The notes below the pieces were generated by a model. The model was given only the letters and a program-made list of their open reading frames with translations. It made no database searches and was not told the origin of the DNA. Below, piece by piece: positions 37,070 through 45,441 of a DNA stretch of 64,000 nt; positions within the stretch are counted from its first letter, which is position 1; every line of letters starts with the position of its first letter. The stretch covers positions 32,001 through 96,000 of the IMG/VR virus record IMGVR_UViG_3300042937_000216. One strand, written 5' to 3'. Source of the DNA: a virus. Position numbers and translations under genes: made by a program.

Positions 37070-38273
37070 CGCAAAAGAATTAACCGAGTGCCTGTGCTGT
37101 GGAAGCCAGCATTTAGAATTAACTCTAGACCTAGGCATACAGCCAATGGCCAATAGTTTTATTAAAACAGAAGAAGAAGCCGAGCTAACATTCCCATTGG
37201 TGTTAAATCGTTGTACAGAATGTAGTCATTTACAATTAAGTCATGCTGTTAATCCAGACCTACTATTCCGCAACTACCTGTATGTAAGCGGTACTAGTCA
37301 AACACTTAAAGACTACTTTGATTGGTTTGCTAACTACAGTTTAGGATTCTTTAGCGAAAAGCCTAAGTCAGTGTTGGACATTGCCTGTAATGATGGTACA
37401 CAGTTAGATTCATTTAAAAAGATTGGCTTAACTACCTACGGTGTTGACCCAGCAACCAATCTACATCCAATCAGTAGCAAGAATCATGAAGTTATCCTAG
37501 ATTACTTTACAGCGGCTCACGTAGAAGGATTAAAAGCCAAGAGCATTGATATTATCAATGCGCAGAACGTATTTGCGCACAACGACTATCCTTTAGACTT
37601 TTTACTACAATGTAAAGAAATTATGCATGATAACAGCGTCTTGTTTATTCAAACTAGTCAAGCTGACATGGTTAAGAACAATGAGTTTGACACTATCTAT
37701 CACGAACACCTAAGTTTCTTCTGTGCTAACAGCATGAATGAACTAGCTCGTCGTGCTGGCTTAAATTTAATTGACATTACTAAAACACCAATCCATGGTA
37801 ATAGCTATGTGTTTGTGTTTAGTAAACATCCTAGCACAGATGGCAAAGTTGAACAGGTACTAGCAGAAGAACGTGTCGCAGGGTTACAAACACCGCAAAC
37901 ATACATCGACTATGCTCGCAAAGCTCAACAGGTTGTTGTTGACTTAAAAGAAGCTATTGCTGAATATCGCAGTCAAGGTTATGTAGTTGCTGGCTATGGT
38001 GCGGCTGCCAAAGGTATGACATTACTTAACTTTGGCAACATTGACCTAGACTTTGTTATTGATGACAATCCGCTCAAACAAAGTTTATTCTGTCCAGGTG
38101 TACACACTCCTGTGGTATCAATTGATGTATTAGATGAATGTCAGGATCTTAATGTAGCATTTGTTCCTTTAGCATGGAACTTCTTCACAGAGATAAGTAC
38201 AAAGATCAAAACAAAACGTGATAAACAAGGCGATGTGTTTATCCGTTATTTCCCAACTATAAAGGTAGAATAA
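37059..38273 (+). CDS. NDP-sugar C-methyltransferase
   Basis: N-terminal Zn site CLCC..LDLG.QP.AN..C.EC, NVFAH, FDTIYHEH, GYGAAAKG. Confidence 0.88.
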   Translation: MIDNAKELTECLCCGSQHLELTLDLGIQPMANSFIKTEEEAELTFPLVLNRCTECSHLQLSHAVNPDLLFRNYLYVSGTSQTLKDYFDWFANYSLGFFSEKPKSVLDIACNDGTQLDSFKKIGLTTYGVDPATNLHPISSKNHEVILDYFTAAHVEGLKAKSIDIINAQNVFAHNDYPLDFLLQCKEIMHDNSVLFIQTSQADMVKNNEFDTIYHEHLSFFCANSMNELARRAGLNLIDITKTPIHGNSYVFVFSKHPSTDGKVEQVLAEERVAGLQTPQTYIDYARKAQQVVVDLKEAIAEYRSQGYVVAGYGAAAKGMTLLNFGNIDLDFVIDDNPLKQSLFCPGVHTPVVSIDVLDECQDLNVAFVPLAWNFFTEISTKIKTKRDKQGDVFIRYFPTIKVE

Positions 38274-38275
38274 GA

Positions 38276-38938
38276 ATGACCGCAGAAGAACTAGTACAGG
38301 CACGCATTGAAGCGATTGCCAATAAAGAAATATTAGCCAACAGCCAAATGAGTGAATACATTAAACCACTAGCAGAATATGCTAAGGGCTGTGATCACAT
38401 CACCGAGATGGGTGTGGCAATTGTCTGTAGTACATGGGCATGGCTAAGTGCTAAACCTAAACGACTAGTAAGTGTAGACATTGATCACTTATGTCCAGTA
38501 GACGAAGTGCGTGGTGTAGCCAAAGACCTAGGCATTGACTTTGAGTTTGTTGCTGGTGATACCAATCATGGTGTTACAGCAGAGTTAAACAAACATTGCC
38601 CATGGCTAAACAACGAAGAACATCGCGGTGAATGGAATGCTGGTAAACCAATTCCTTACTACAACTGCGAGCCCACTGATTTACTGTTCATCGACACTTA
38701 CCATCACTATGCTAGCCTAGCACGTGAGTTTGAACTACACGCACCCAAGGCTAAGAAATACATCATTCTACATGACACAGTAACATTTGGTCGTCGTGGT
38801 GAAGGTGATGACCATAAAGGTCTAATGGCTGCTGTTGAAGAATTCTTAGCGGCTAACCCACAGTGGGCCACTGAAAAGGTATATGAGTCAGCACCTGGCT
38901 TGTATATTATGAAACGTGTAGGACCAGATCCAGTTTAA
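38276..38938 (+). CDS. Methyltransferase (Methyltransf_24-like)
   Basis: TEMGV, DLLFIDTYH, YIILHDT. Confidence 0.75.
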   Translation: MTAEELVQARIEAIANKEILANSQMSEYIKPLAEYAKGCDHITEMGVAIVCSTWAWLSAKPKRLVSVDIDHLCPVDEVRGVAKDLGIDFEFVAGDTNHGVTAELNKHCPWLNNEEHRGEWNAGKPIPYYNCEPTDLLFIDTYHHYASLAREFELHAPKAKKYIILHDTVTFGRRGEGDDHKGLMAAVEEFLAANPQWATEKVYESAPGLYIMKRVGPDPV

Positions 38939-38939
38939 C

Positions 38940-39689
38940 ATGAAGAAAACAATTCTTTGTCATTTCTATAATGAAGAGTACATGCTACCATGGTTTTTAA
39001 ATCACCACAAGGAGATTTTTGATCATGGTATTATGATTGATTATCACAGCACTGATCGTAGTCGCGAGATAATTAAAGAAATATGTCCAACGTGGGACAT
39101 TGTAACTAGTCGTAATCCAAACTTCCAAGCAGACACAATTGACTACGAAGTTATGGACATTGAGCAGTCAATCGAAGGGTGGCGCATTTGTCTTAATGTA
39201 ACAGAACTATTGATTGGAGATTATTCAATCTTAGACGAACAGCCAGGGCAACACTTACTACCTAGCGTCTTTTTTGTAGATTGTGACAGAACAAGACCAG
39301 TTAGCCAAGATAGGCCTTTATACGAGCAAAAGACAGATGGCTTCTCCTTTGACCAATATTTCCGTGAACGCCGGGCTCGTAGCATTCATAATGTTCCTGT
39401 ACAGTATCCTGTACCAGGCAGACACTATGAAAATTATACCACGGACAAGTTGGTTGTATTCTATTACGGATGGTGCCCGTTTAATGATCTAGCACTAGCA
39501 CGTAAGCTACAGATACAAACACAGATACCGTTAGTGGATCGTCAACGTAATTGGGGCTTCCACCATATTACCAATAAAGAAACACTTGAATATCGATTAG
39601 AAAATGAGTTTATGCCTAGGTGTAGAGACTTATCAGAGGAAATCAAACAGTATGTCAATAAGCACAAAGATCTTTCAAATATACTTTAA
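38940..39689 (+). CDS. Glycosyltransferase family 2-like
   Basis: FYNEEYMLPWFL.HH...FD, IDYHSTDRS. Confidence 0.75.
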   Translation: MKKTILCHFYNEEYMLPWFLNHHKEIFDHGIMIDYHSTDRSREIIKEICPTWDIVTSRNPNFQADTIDYEVMDIEQSIEGWRICLNVTELLIGDYSILDEQPGQHLLPSVFFVDCDRTRPVSQDRPLYEQKTDGFSFDQYFRERRARSIHNVPVQYPVPGRHYENYTTDKLVVFYYGWCPFNDLALARKLQIQTQIPLVDRQRNWGFHHITNKETLEYRLENEFMPRCRDLSEEIKQYVNKHKDLSNIL

Positions 39690-40485
39690 GCCAGAGCTAG
39701 AGCAACATTGTGATCCGTTGTTTACTCCGTTGGATAACACTAGTAATCCGCGACCAGAACTACGTGAGTGGGATGTCTGGGATAGAGAACATGATCGTAT
39801 CCTAGCTGAAAACTTGGACCATTGGGGTTACGTCAGCTGGAAGTTTAAAGATAAAACAAACTTGACAGCGCAACAGGCCTTGGCACACATCACAGCCAAT
39901 CCGGGGTTTGATGTTTATCTGTTTAACCCCTGTATCTTAAATGAAGCAGTATTTGCCAACAGTTGGGAACAAGGTGACATACATCATCCGGGTATTAGTG
40001 ATATTGGTAATATGTTTTTTGCTAAACTAGGCTACGAAGATGTTGATGTTAAAAGTATTTTATTAGATCGTACTCGTACAGTGTTTGCTAACTACGTAGT
40101 TGGTAATCGTAAATTTTGGACAGAGTTTATGGATTTTAGCCGCCAGCTGTTTACAGAAGGTGCCAAGGATCCACAGTTCCGACATTTGGTATTTGGCGAG
40201 GGATTGAGTAACTATGCTCACGACAAGAGTCTACCAAACTTTACATTCTTAATTGAAAGATTAATTCCTACATTCTTAGAATTAGGTGAATATAGTGTTT
40301 GTCCATACACATATACACACGATACAATACCGGCCAAATATGAACCATATTTTGCTGATATTATGGCACTTTCGGACCTGAAATCGTCAGTAAATGCCTA
40401 TGAAAGTGATGTTTTATTTAACATCTGGAACCACTATAGAGCTAAGTTCTTAAATGATAATCCAGGTATTTTAGGTTTAGAGTAG
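39652..40485 (+). CDS. Hypothetical glycan-pathway protein
   Basis: IFQIY, G.VSWKF..K, FLIERL motifs; within sugar operon. Confidence 0.55.
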   Translation: MSISTKIFQIYFKPELEQHCDPLFTPLDNTSNPRPELREWDVWDREHDRILAENLDHWGYVSWKFKDKTNLTAQQALAHITANPGFDVYLFNPCILNEAVFANSWEQGDIHHPGISDIGNMFFAKLGYEDVDVKSILLDRTRTVFANYVVGNRKFWTEFMDFSRQLFTEGAKDPQFRHLVFGEGLSNYAHDKSLPNFTFLIERLIPTFLELGEYSVCPYTYTHDTIPAKYEPYFADIMALSDLKSSVNAYESDVLFNIWNHYRAKFLNDNPGILGLE

Positions 40486-40565
40486 TTATCCCGATCGACT
40501 CCAAGTTTTATACGTAGTAAAAGTCAGTTTAACTGGCATACATATAATACGTTCGGAGGGATTGC

Positions 40566-40790
40566 ATGACAAAATCTAACGTGACAGTAGTACCATTAGT
40601 AAGTAGTGGTGGCGGGCTTGGATATTATTGCGCAGGAAGACATTGCGCAGTACGAGATAAATGCCACAGACACACATCAGGTATCACACAGCCCAATGCT
40701 GTATTTGACGATTATGATATCTTGATGTTATCAGAAGGGAGTTGTAGATTTTTCGTCAATGTCAAAGAAGCAAATCGCGTAAGCGATTAG
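40566..40790 (+). CDS. Small Cys-rich protein
   Basis: C.G..C..R..C.R...C; GGAGGG RBS. Confidence 0.6.
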   Translation: MTKSNVTVVPLVSSGGGLGYYCAGRHCAVRDKCHRHTSGITQPNAVFDDYDILMLSEGSCRFFVNVKEANRVSD

Positions 40791-40836
40791 CCTATCGGTA
40801 GTAAAATCAAACGTTAAAAACCAAGGAGGTTTATGT

Positions 40837-41355
40837 ATGAGAGTTATCTCAAAAGTAATAACCTGGGCAATAATGTCCTTATGTGTAATATCAAGTAGTA
40901 TAGCGCAGGCGAATGACAAAACAAAAGAAAGCCAGCAGGTTATGTGCCTAGCACAGAATATCTATTATGAAGCTGGACTAGAATCATTTCAAGGAAAGGT
41001 TGCTGTGGCACAGGTTACAATCAACCGCGCTGAAAGTAGGAACTTTCCCAAAACTATCTGTGGAGTTGTACATCAACGCACAGAGATCGCAGGTCGCATG
41101 ATCTGTCAATTTAGCTGGACATGTAACCCAGTGAGTAAGATTAAGTATGTAAGTGATAGCTGGCAGGATAGTTTGCTAGTGGCACGTGCTACACTACATC
41201 ATAATCTAAAACTAGATCAACTCGATGACGCATTGTATTTTCACAATACACATGTTAATCCAAATTGGGGTCTAGAGCGTGTTGCCCGTATAGGTGGCCA
41301 CATTTTCTACAGTAACGACCCTGCTCCAAGAAAAAATAAATCAAAAAACAGTTGA
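40837..41355 (+). CDS. Cell-wall hydrolase SleB/Hydrolase_2
   Basis: CLAQNIYYEA, VAQVT.NR, FP.TICGVV.Q, CQFSW, IGGHIFY; AGGAGG RBS. Confidence 0.9.
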   Translation: MRVISKVITWAIMSLCVISSSIAQANDKTKESQQVMCLAQNIYYEAGLESFQGKVAVAQVTINRAESRNFPKTICGVVHQRTEIAGRMICQFSWTCNPVSKIKYVSDSWQDSLLVARATLHHNLKLDQLDDALYFHNTHVNPNWGLERVARIGGHIFYSNDPAPRKNKSKNS

Positions 41356-41386
41356 CAATCTCGTTGCGTGGCTATATAATTACACT

Positions 41387-41602
41387 ATGAAACTAATTTA
41401 TATAGCCACAGCAATGACACAAAACGGTGATAGCATACAAGAGAATGCCTACACTAATGCCGAACAAGCACTAGTACAAGCAACTTTAATGTGTGAAGAC
41501 ATCAACCGTAATACAGACCTTAACGCACAACCAGACGTAGTTCCGATGGAATTATTTGAAGATGGTGATGTAGTATCGGATACTATTTCAACTGATGAGT
41601 AA
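41387..41602 (+). CDS. Hypothetical protein (leaderless geometry)
   Basis: ATG 6 nt after TTGACA-17-TATAAT (41352-41380). Confidence 0.6.
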   Translation: MKLIYIATAMTQNGDSIQENAYTNAEQALVQATLMCEDINRNTDLNAQPDVVPMELFEDGDVVSDTISTDE

Positions 41603-41924
41603 TTTCGAAGACTCAAACTGGGGTCGGCACGGTAATCCAAATCCTGAATGGTGGTATCGTTACCCACGAGGTAGACGCGACCTACCATCAATATTCAGTC
41701 AAGATCCAGTAGATCCTACCTGGGACTTCTTAGACGGATTTGTAGACGACACACCCAAAGTTAGCCTGTTTACTATTGTGCTGATCCTAGTGGTTATTCT
41801 ACTAGCATCTGGACTTAGTATCACTGTTCGTGAACTGCTATATCAAGGCTTTGACTTTGCTCAAATTTGGTACAGCGGCGTAGATAGTATGCTAGACACA
41901 TTCAATGTTCCAAAAGCGCCGTAA
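41595..41924 (+). CDS. Membrane protein
   Basis: One hydrophobic helix, overlaps previous ORF. Confidence 0.6.
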   Translation: MSNFEDSNWGRHGNPNPEWWYRYPRGRRDLPSIFSQDPVDPTWDFLDGFVDDTPKVSLFTIVLILVVILLASGLSITVRELLYQGFDFAQIWYSGVDSMLDTFNVPKAP

Positions 41925-41977
41925 CCGATAAATATTGTTTTAAGCGACACAATCGCAAACTTTAGAAAGGGCACAAA

Positions 41978-42124
41978 ATGTCAATAACTACAGAAGTAAA
42001 ATTACCAAAAGAATCACTAGTTGAATCCAATTTACCAACCGGTACGGAAATTCCAAATGTCTGCCAGCCAGGCGATAAAGAATGTATAGCACGATTAGTA
42101 CAGGCATTTTCAGACTGCGATTAA
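41978..42124 (+). CDS. 48-aa peptide ending CQPGDKECIARLVQAFSDCD
   Basis: AAAGGG RBS, ATAAATA at 41928. Confidence 0.55.
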   Translation: MSITTEVKLPKESLVESNLPTGTEIPNVCQPGDKECIARLVQAFSDCD

Positions 42125-42192
42125 ATAACGGTTGACAACCCAACCAAAATAGCGTATAATAGCACTTGTTTAGTTAATAAGGAGTGCGAATT

Positions 42193-42393
42193 ATGGGCTA
42201 TGTAGTTTTTCAAAACGGCAAAGAATATGGCGCTCGTAAAGGCCTAGAAGGTCCATTCCATTATCCTAACGGTCGTGTATTGTACTACGATGCTCAAGCA
42301 GGCGAGTACTATGATCCTACAACAGACTTCTACGTACCCAGCGATGAAGTAGCAGAACTCCAGCAATCAGTTTTTACTCAATTAGCACAATAG
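42193..42393 (+). CDS. Small early hypothetical protein
   Basis: GLEGPF....GRVLYYD...GEYYDP.TD.Y motif; AAGGAG RBS. Confidence 0.7.
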   Translation: MGYVVFQNGKEYGARKGLEGPFHYPNGRVLYYDAQAGEYYDPTTDFYVPSDEVAELQQSVFTQLAQ

Positions 42394-42402
42394 GAGCACG
42401 AC

Positions 42403-42576
42403 ATGGCAGGCAAAGCAACTTCGGTATATCTTACAGTATCAATTAAAGAAACACACAAAACAGCTTTTCATAAACAATTCTTCAACATGACTGGTCTTAA
42501 TCAGTATGTTGCTACAGATGAGTTTAAGGAAAAATACCCAACTACTGAATTTTACGTTACGAAAGAAACATACTAA
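42403..42576 (+). CDS. 57-aa early hypothetical protein (MAGKATSVYLTV...)
   Basis: TAGGAGC RBS; below ORF-track cutoff. Confidence 0.65.
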   Translation: MAGKATSVYLTVSIKETHKTAFHKQFFNMTGLNQYVATDEFKEKYPTTEFYVTKETY

Positions 42577-42803
42577 TGGCCATAGAGGTCATACGTGAAG
42601 TAACAGAATGGGTAGTTGATTTCCGACAGCCAAATCATACATATTTGATGGACGGTGAAAAGGTTATTGGCTACCAACAATGGCACGAAGGCCCGCCAAT
42701 CTACTTTGCCCGCAAGGGCAAGTTTGATAAAGCCAGACGTAAATTCATCAAAATTCCCCTGAAAGAAAGTGTGTTTAAAACGGTTGACATTTTGGTTAAA
42801 TGA
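42576..42803 (+). CDS. Small early hypothetical protein
   Basis: E.TEW....QPNHTY...F....RKF motif. Confidence 0.7.
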   Translation: MAIEVIREVTEWVVDFRQPNHTYLMDGEKVIGYQQWHEGPPIYFARKGKFDKARRKFIKIPLKESVFKTVDILVK

Positions 42804-42844
42804 CTGTATAATGCTATACATACACTAACAACACGGAGCAACTA

Positions 42845-43132
42845 ATGAAAAATCTAGCACAATACATTGAACAGAAAAATGCTTGGGCACGTATTTTCAA
42901 TAATGTGATCTATGATGTTAATAACTTATCAGAACGTGATTGTCAAAATTTGTATGATAGTTTAGACAACGATCTAAGCCCAGAGAACTTAACCTGCGAC
43001 GGTGAACGTAGCGGTGGACAAGTTCGTCAATTCGCACGTTTTTACAATGCGGCAGCAAAAGAGTTAGTTACAATTATTCGTGCTAACAACTACACAATTC
43101 CATACTCAGATTTCCGCGAACTTAGTTACTAA
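42845..43132 (+). CDS. Small early hypothetical protein
   Basis: DLSPENLTCDGE motif; GGAGC RBS. Confidence 0.7.
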   Translation: MKNLAQYIEQKNAWARIFNNVIYDVNNLSERDCQNLYDSLDNDLSPENLTCDGERSGGQVRQFARFYNAAAKELVTIIRANNYTIPYSDFRELSY

Positions 43133-43198
43133 ATCGGTTGACAACCTACCCAAATGATAGTATAATAGCATTTGACAGTTAGGAAACGATTTCAAAGT

Positions 43199-43280
43199 TT
43201 TAGGGTGTTGTTACATTTTAATTTTATTAACGTTACTACTAAGGGTTGTTCCGGTCGTAACAACATCCTAAATTCCCTTA
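43199..43280 (+). ncRNA. Candidate promoter-driven small RNA
   Basis: Own promoter at 43138-43166; 16-bp stem 43199-43214/43257-43272; no ORF. Confidence 0.5.
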
Positions 43281-43350
43281 AATAATGGTTGACTTTTGGT
43301 TAAATTGACTGTATAATGCTATACATACACTAACAACACAGGAGCACAAA

Positions 43351-43671
43351 ATGGACTTTCAAGCTATTCACAACGAAGCACAAACAGCAGCAACTAACGC
43401 TCAAAACGCATTTCTTAAACAACACGGCGAAATAGCCTACTGTGGTTTTGCCTGGGTTAATGTGTACGTAGATCGTACTAACTCAACAGAAGCTAAAGGC
43501 TTACTTGCTGTTGGTTTTAAGAAAGATTATCGTCCTAAATGTTTAAACATGTGGAGTCCAGGTAACTACCATGGTCAAAGCATGGATGTGTTAGAAGAAG
43601 GTGCTCGTGCTTACGCAGACGTACTTACTAAACACGGGTTCCGTGCTTATGCTGGTTCACGTGCTGACTAA
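43351..43671 (+). CDS. Early hypothetical protein
   Basis: CGFAWV, QSM...E.GA.AYA motif; AGGAGC RBS. Confidence 0.75.
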   Translation: MDFQAIHNEAQTAATNAQNAFLKQHGEIAYCGFAWVNVYVDRTNSTEAKGLLAVGFKKDYRPKCLNMWSPGNYHGQSMDVLEEGARAYADVLTKHGFRAYAGSRAD

Positions 43672-43770
43672 AAAGTACTTGACAAACACCCAAAGAGGTG
43701 TTATAATACTACAATAATAAGAAAGCGACAAACGCTTCGATTATAAAACGAAAACTAAGGAGCATAGACA

Positions 43771-44793
43771 ATGACAGGTTTTGTTAAAATTAAAAATGGT
43801 ACTTATCGTAATCAAGCGATTACAGATGAAGTATTTCCTCTAGTAAAACAATTTCAATTAGGTAGCAAAGGTGGTTTTATCACTGTAGACGGCACTGGTC
43901 GTTTTGGCAAGGATAAAATACGTGTTACTATCTCTAGTCCTACAGAGTACGAACTAGTAGACGCAACAGAATACACAGGCGAAGTAGCTACAGCAGGTGT
44001 AGACACACATAGCAAGCAAACAGACGAAGAACGTATTGCTGAAATTGGCTTACGTTTTGAAATGCTAGACGAAATGACCAAAGCAGTATTGAACGGTGAC
44101 ATTCGTGCTATGATTGTAAGTGGCCCTCCGGGTGTTGGTAAAAGTTACACAGTAGAAAATCAAATTGACCGTGCTAACTTGTTTCAAAACATTGCCAACG
44201 CAAAACCTAAACACACTGTGGTTAAAGGTAGTGCTAGTGCTATTGGTTTGTACAAAGTATTGTACGAATACAGTGACGCTAACAGCGTTATTGTGTTTGA
44301 TGACTGCGATAGCATCTTGTTTGACGACGTTAGTTTGAACTTGCTTAAAGGCGCATTGGACAGTGGTAAGTCACGTAAAATTAGTTGGTTGTCGGAGTCA
44401 CGTGTATTGAAACAAGAAGACATTCCTAACAGTTTCCAATTTAAAGGTAGTGTAATTTTTATCACTAACTTAAAGTTTGATCAAGTTAAGTCAACTCGTT
44501 TGAAAGATCACTTAGAAGCACTACAGTCACGCTGTCACTATTTAGATTTGACGTTAGACACTATGCGTGATAAAGTATTGCGTATTAGACAAATTGCTAA
44601 AACTGGTCAATTGTTTGAAGACATGGGCATTGGCGAAATTGGACAAGATATTATTATCGATTTCTTAGACGCTAACAAGAACAAGTTCCGTGAAATGAGT
44701 TTGCGTATGGCAATCAAAGTAGCACAGTTATACAAGAGCTTTCCTAACACTTGGGAAAACATGGCTAAGACAACTTGTATGAAGATTGCGTAA
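43771..44793 (+). CDS. P-loop (AAA-like) ATPase
   Basis: GPPGVGKS Walker A, IVFDDCD Walker B, IFITN, ALQSR. Confidence 0.85.
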   Translation: MTGFVKIKNGTYRNQAITDEVFPLVKQFQLGSKGGFITVDGTGRFGKDKIRVTISSPTEYELVDATEYTGEVATAGVDTHSKQTDEERIAEIGLRFEMLDEMTKAVLNGDIRAMIVSGPPGVGKSYTVENQIDRANLFQNIANAKPKHTVVKGSASAIGLYKVLYEYSDANSVIVFDDCDSILFDDVSLNLLKGALDSGKSRKISWLSESRVLKQEDIPNSFQFKGSVIFITNLKFDQVKSTRLKDHLEALQSRCHYLDLTLDTMRDKVLRIRQIAKTGQLFEDMGIGEIGQDIIIDFLDANKNKFREMSLRMAIKVAQLYKSFPNTWENMAKTTCMKIA

Positions 44794-44794
44794 C

Positions 44795-44926
44795 ATGCGG
44801 TTGCTAGCGGCAATGACGTATAATTTAATCCTACTAGGAGGTACCGTTTACCTAGTAGGTTGGCAGGAGTGGAGTGCTTGGTGGTTCCTACTTACCGTAA
44901 TACTTTTAGCTAGCGGTAAAGACTAA
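44795..44926 (+). CDS. 43-aa two-helix membrane peptide
   Basis: MRLLAAMTYNLILLGGTVYLVGWQEWSAWWFLLTVILLASGKD. Confidence 0.55.
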   Translation: MRLLAAMTYNLILLGGTVYLVGWQEWSAWWFLLTVILLASGKD

Positions 44927-44939
44927 GAAGGAGAAGTAA

Positions 44940-45101
44940 ATGTCAGTTTATACAAAAAGAATTATATTTGCGTTGGTAAGTTTGGTAGTATTGGGAGCAG
45001 TTGGTGTTTGGGCACCAGAAGTACAACGCTTCTTAGGTATGTTTGCCCTAGGTTGGATGTTGATGGACATTGCCAGTGATGTGTTTCCGGAGGGCAAATA
45101 A
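44940..45101 (+). CDS. 53-aa membrane peptide
   Basis: AAGGAG RBS; MSVYTKRIIFALVSLVVLGAVGVWAP... Confidence 0.65.
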   Translation: MSVYTKRIIFALVSLVVLGAVGVWAPEVQRFLGMFALGWMLMDIASDVFPEGK

Positions 45102-45102
45102 T

Positions 45103-45249
45103 ATGATTGATTGGCAATTTTGGCTATTGGTAGTTTGGTTATTGTTCATTGGATATTGTTTTGGTCGTGCGCATGAAGCGTGGAATCGTTTTAGTCGCAG
45201 TATTGATGAACTACAAAAATTATCTAAAAAATTCTCCAACGAGGAGTAG
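45103..45249 (+). CDS. 48-aa membrane peptide
   Basis: GGAGGG RBS; MIDWQFWLLVVWLLFIGYCFG... Confidence 0.6.
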   Translation: MIDWQFWLLVVWLLFIGYCFGRAHEAWNRFSRSIDELQKLSKKFSNEE

Positions 45250-45252
45250 TAT

Positions 45253-45423
45253 ATGTGGAATAAAATTCGTTTTTGGTTGTATGAAAATGATCGACAACTA
45301 ACATGGTTCTTCATTGGTTTATTTGTTATGTGTTTCTTTGTAGATATGGGTAAACACAACTATCCAGGCGCACTAATGGATGCTATCATTGTGGCAATAA
45401 ATTATATACTACGTCCTCGCTAG
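45253..45423 (+). CDS. 56-aa membrane peptide
   Basis: GAGGAG RBS; MWNKIRFWL...WFFIGLFVMCFF... Confidence 0.65.
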   Translation: MWNKIRFWLYENDRQLTWFFIGLFVMCFFVDMGKHNYPGALMDAIIVAINYILRPR

Positions 45424-45441
45424 TATTAAATAGTAGTACTA

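Larger units (their letters stand above)
42132..43707 (+). promoter_or_regulatory. Cluster of five early sigma70 promoters (42132, 42784, 43138, 43289, 43679)
   Basis: Each TTGAC(A/T)-17-TATAAT; two share a ~60-bp near-identical promoter-leader. Confidence 0.8.

Noticed and set aside
45048-45359. 103-aa minus-strand ORF
   Set aside because: The plus strand carries SD-led membrane microproteins that fill the region; likely a shadow ORF
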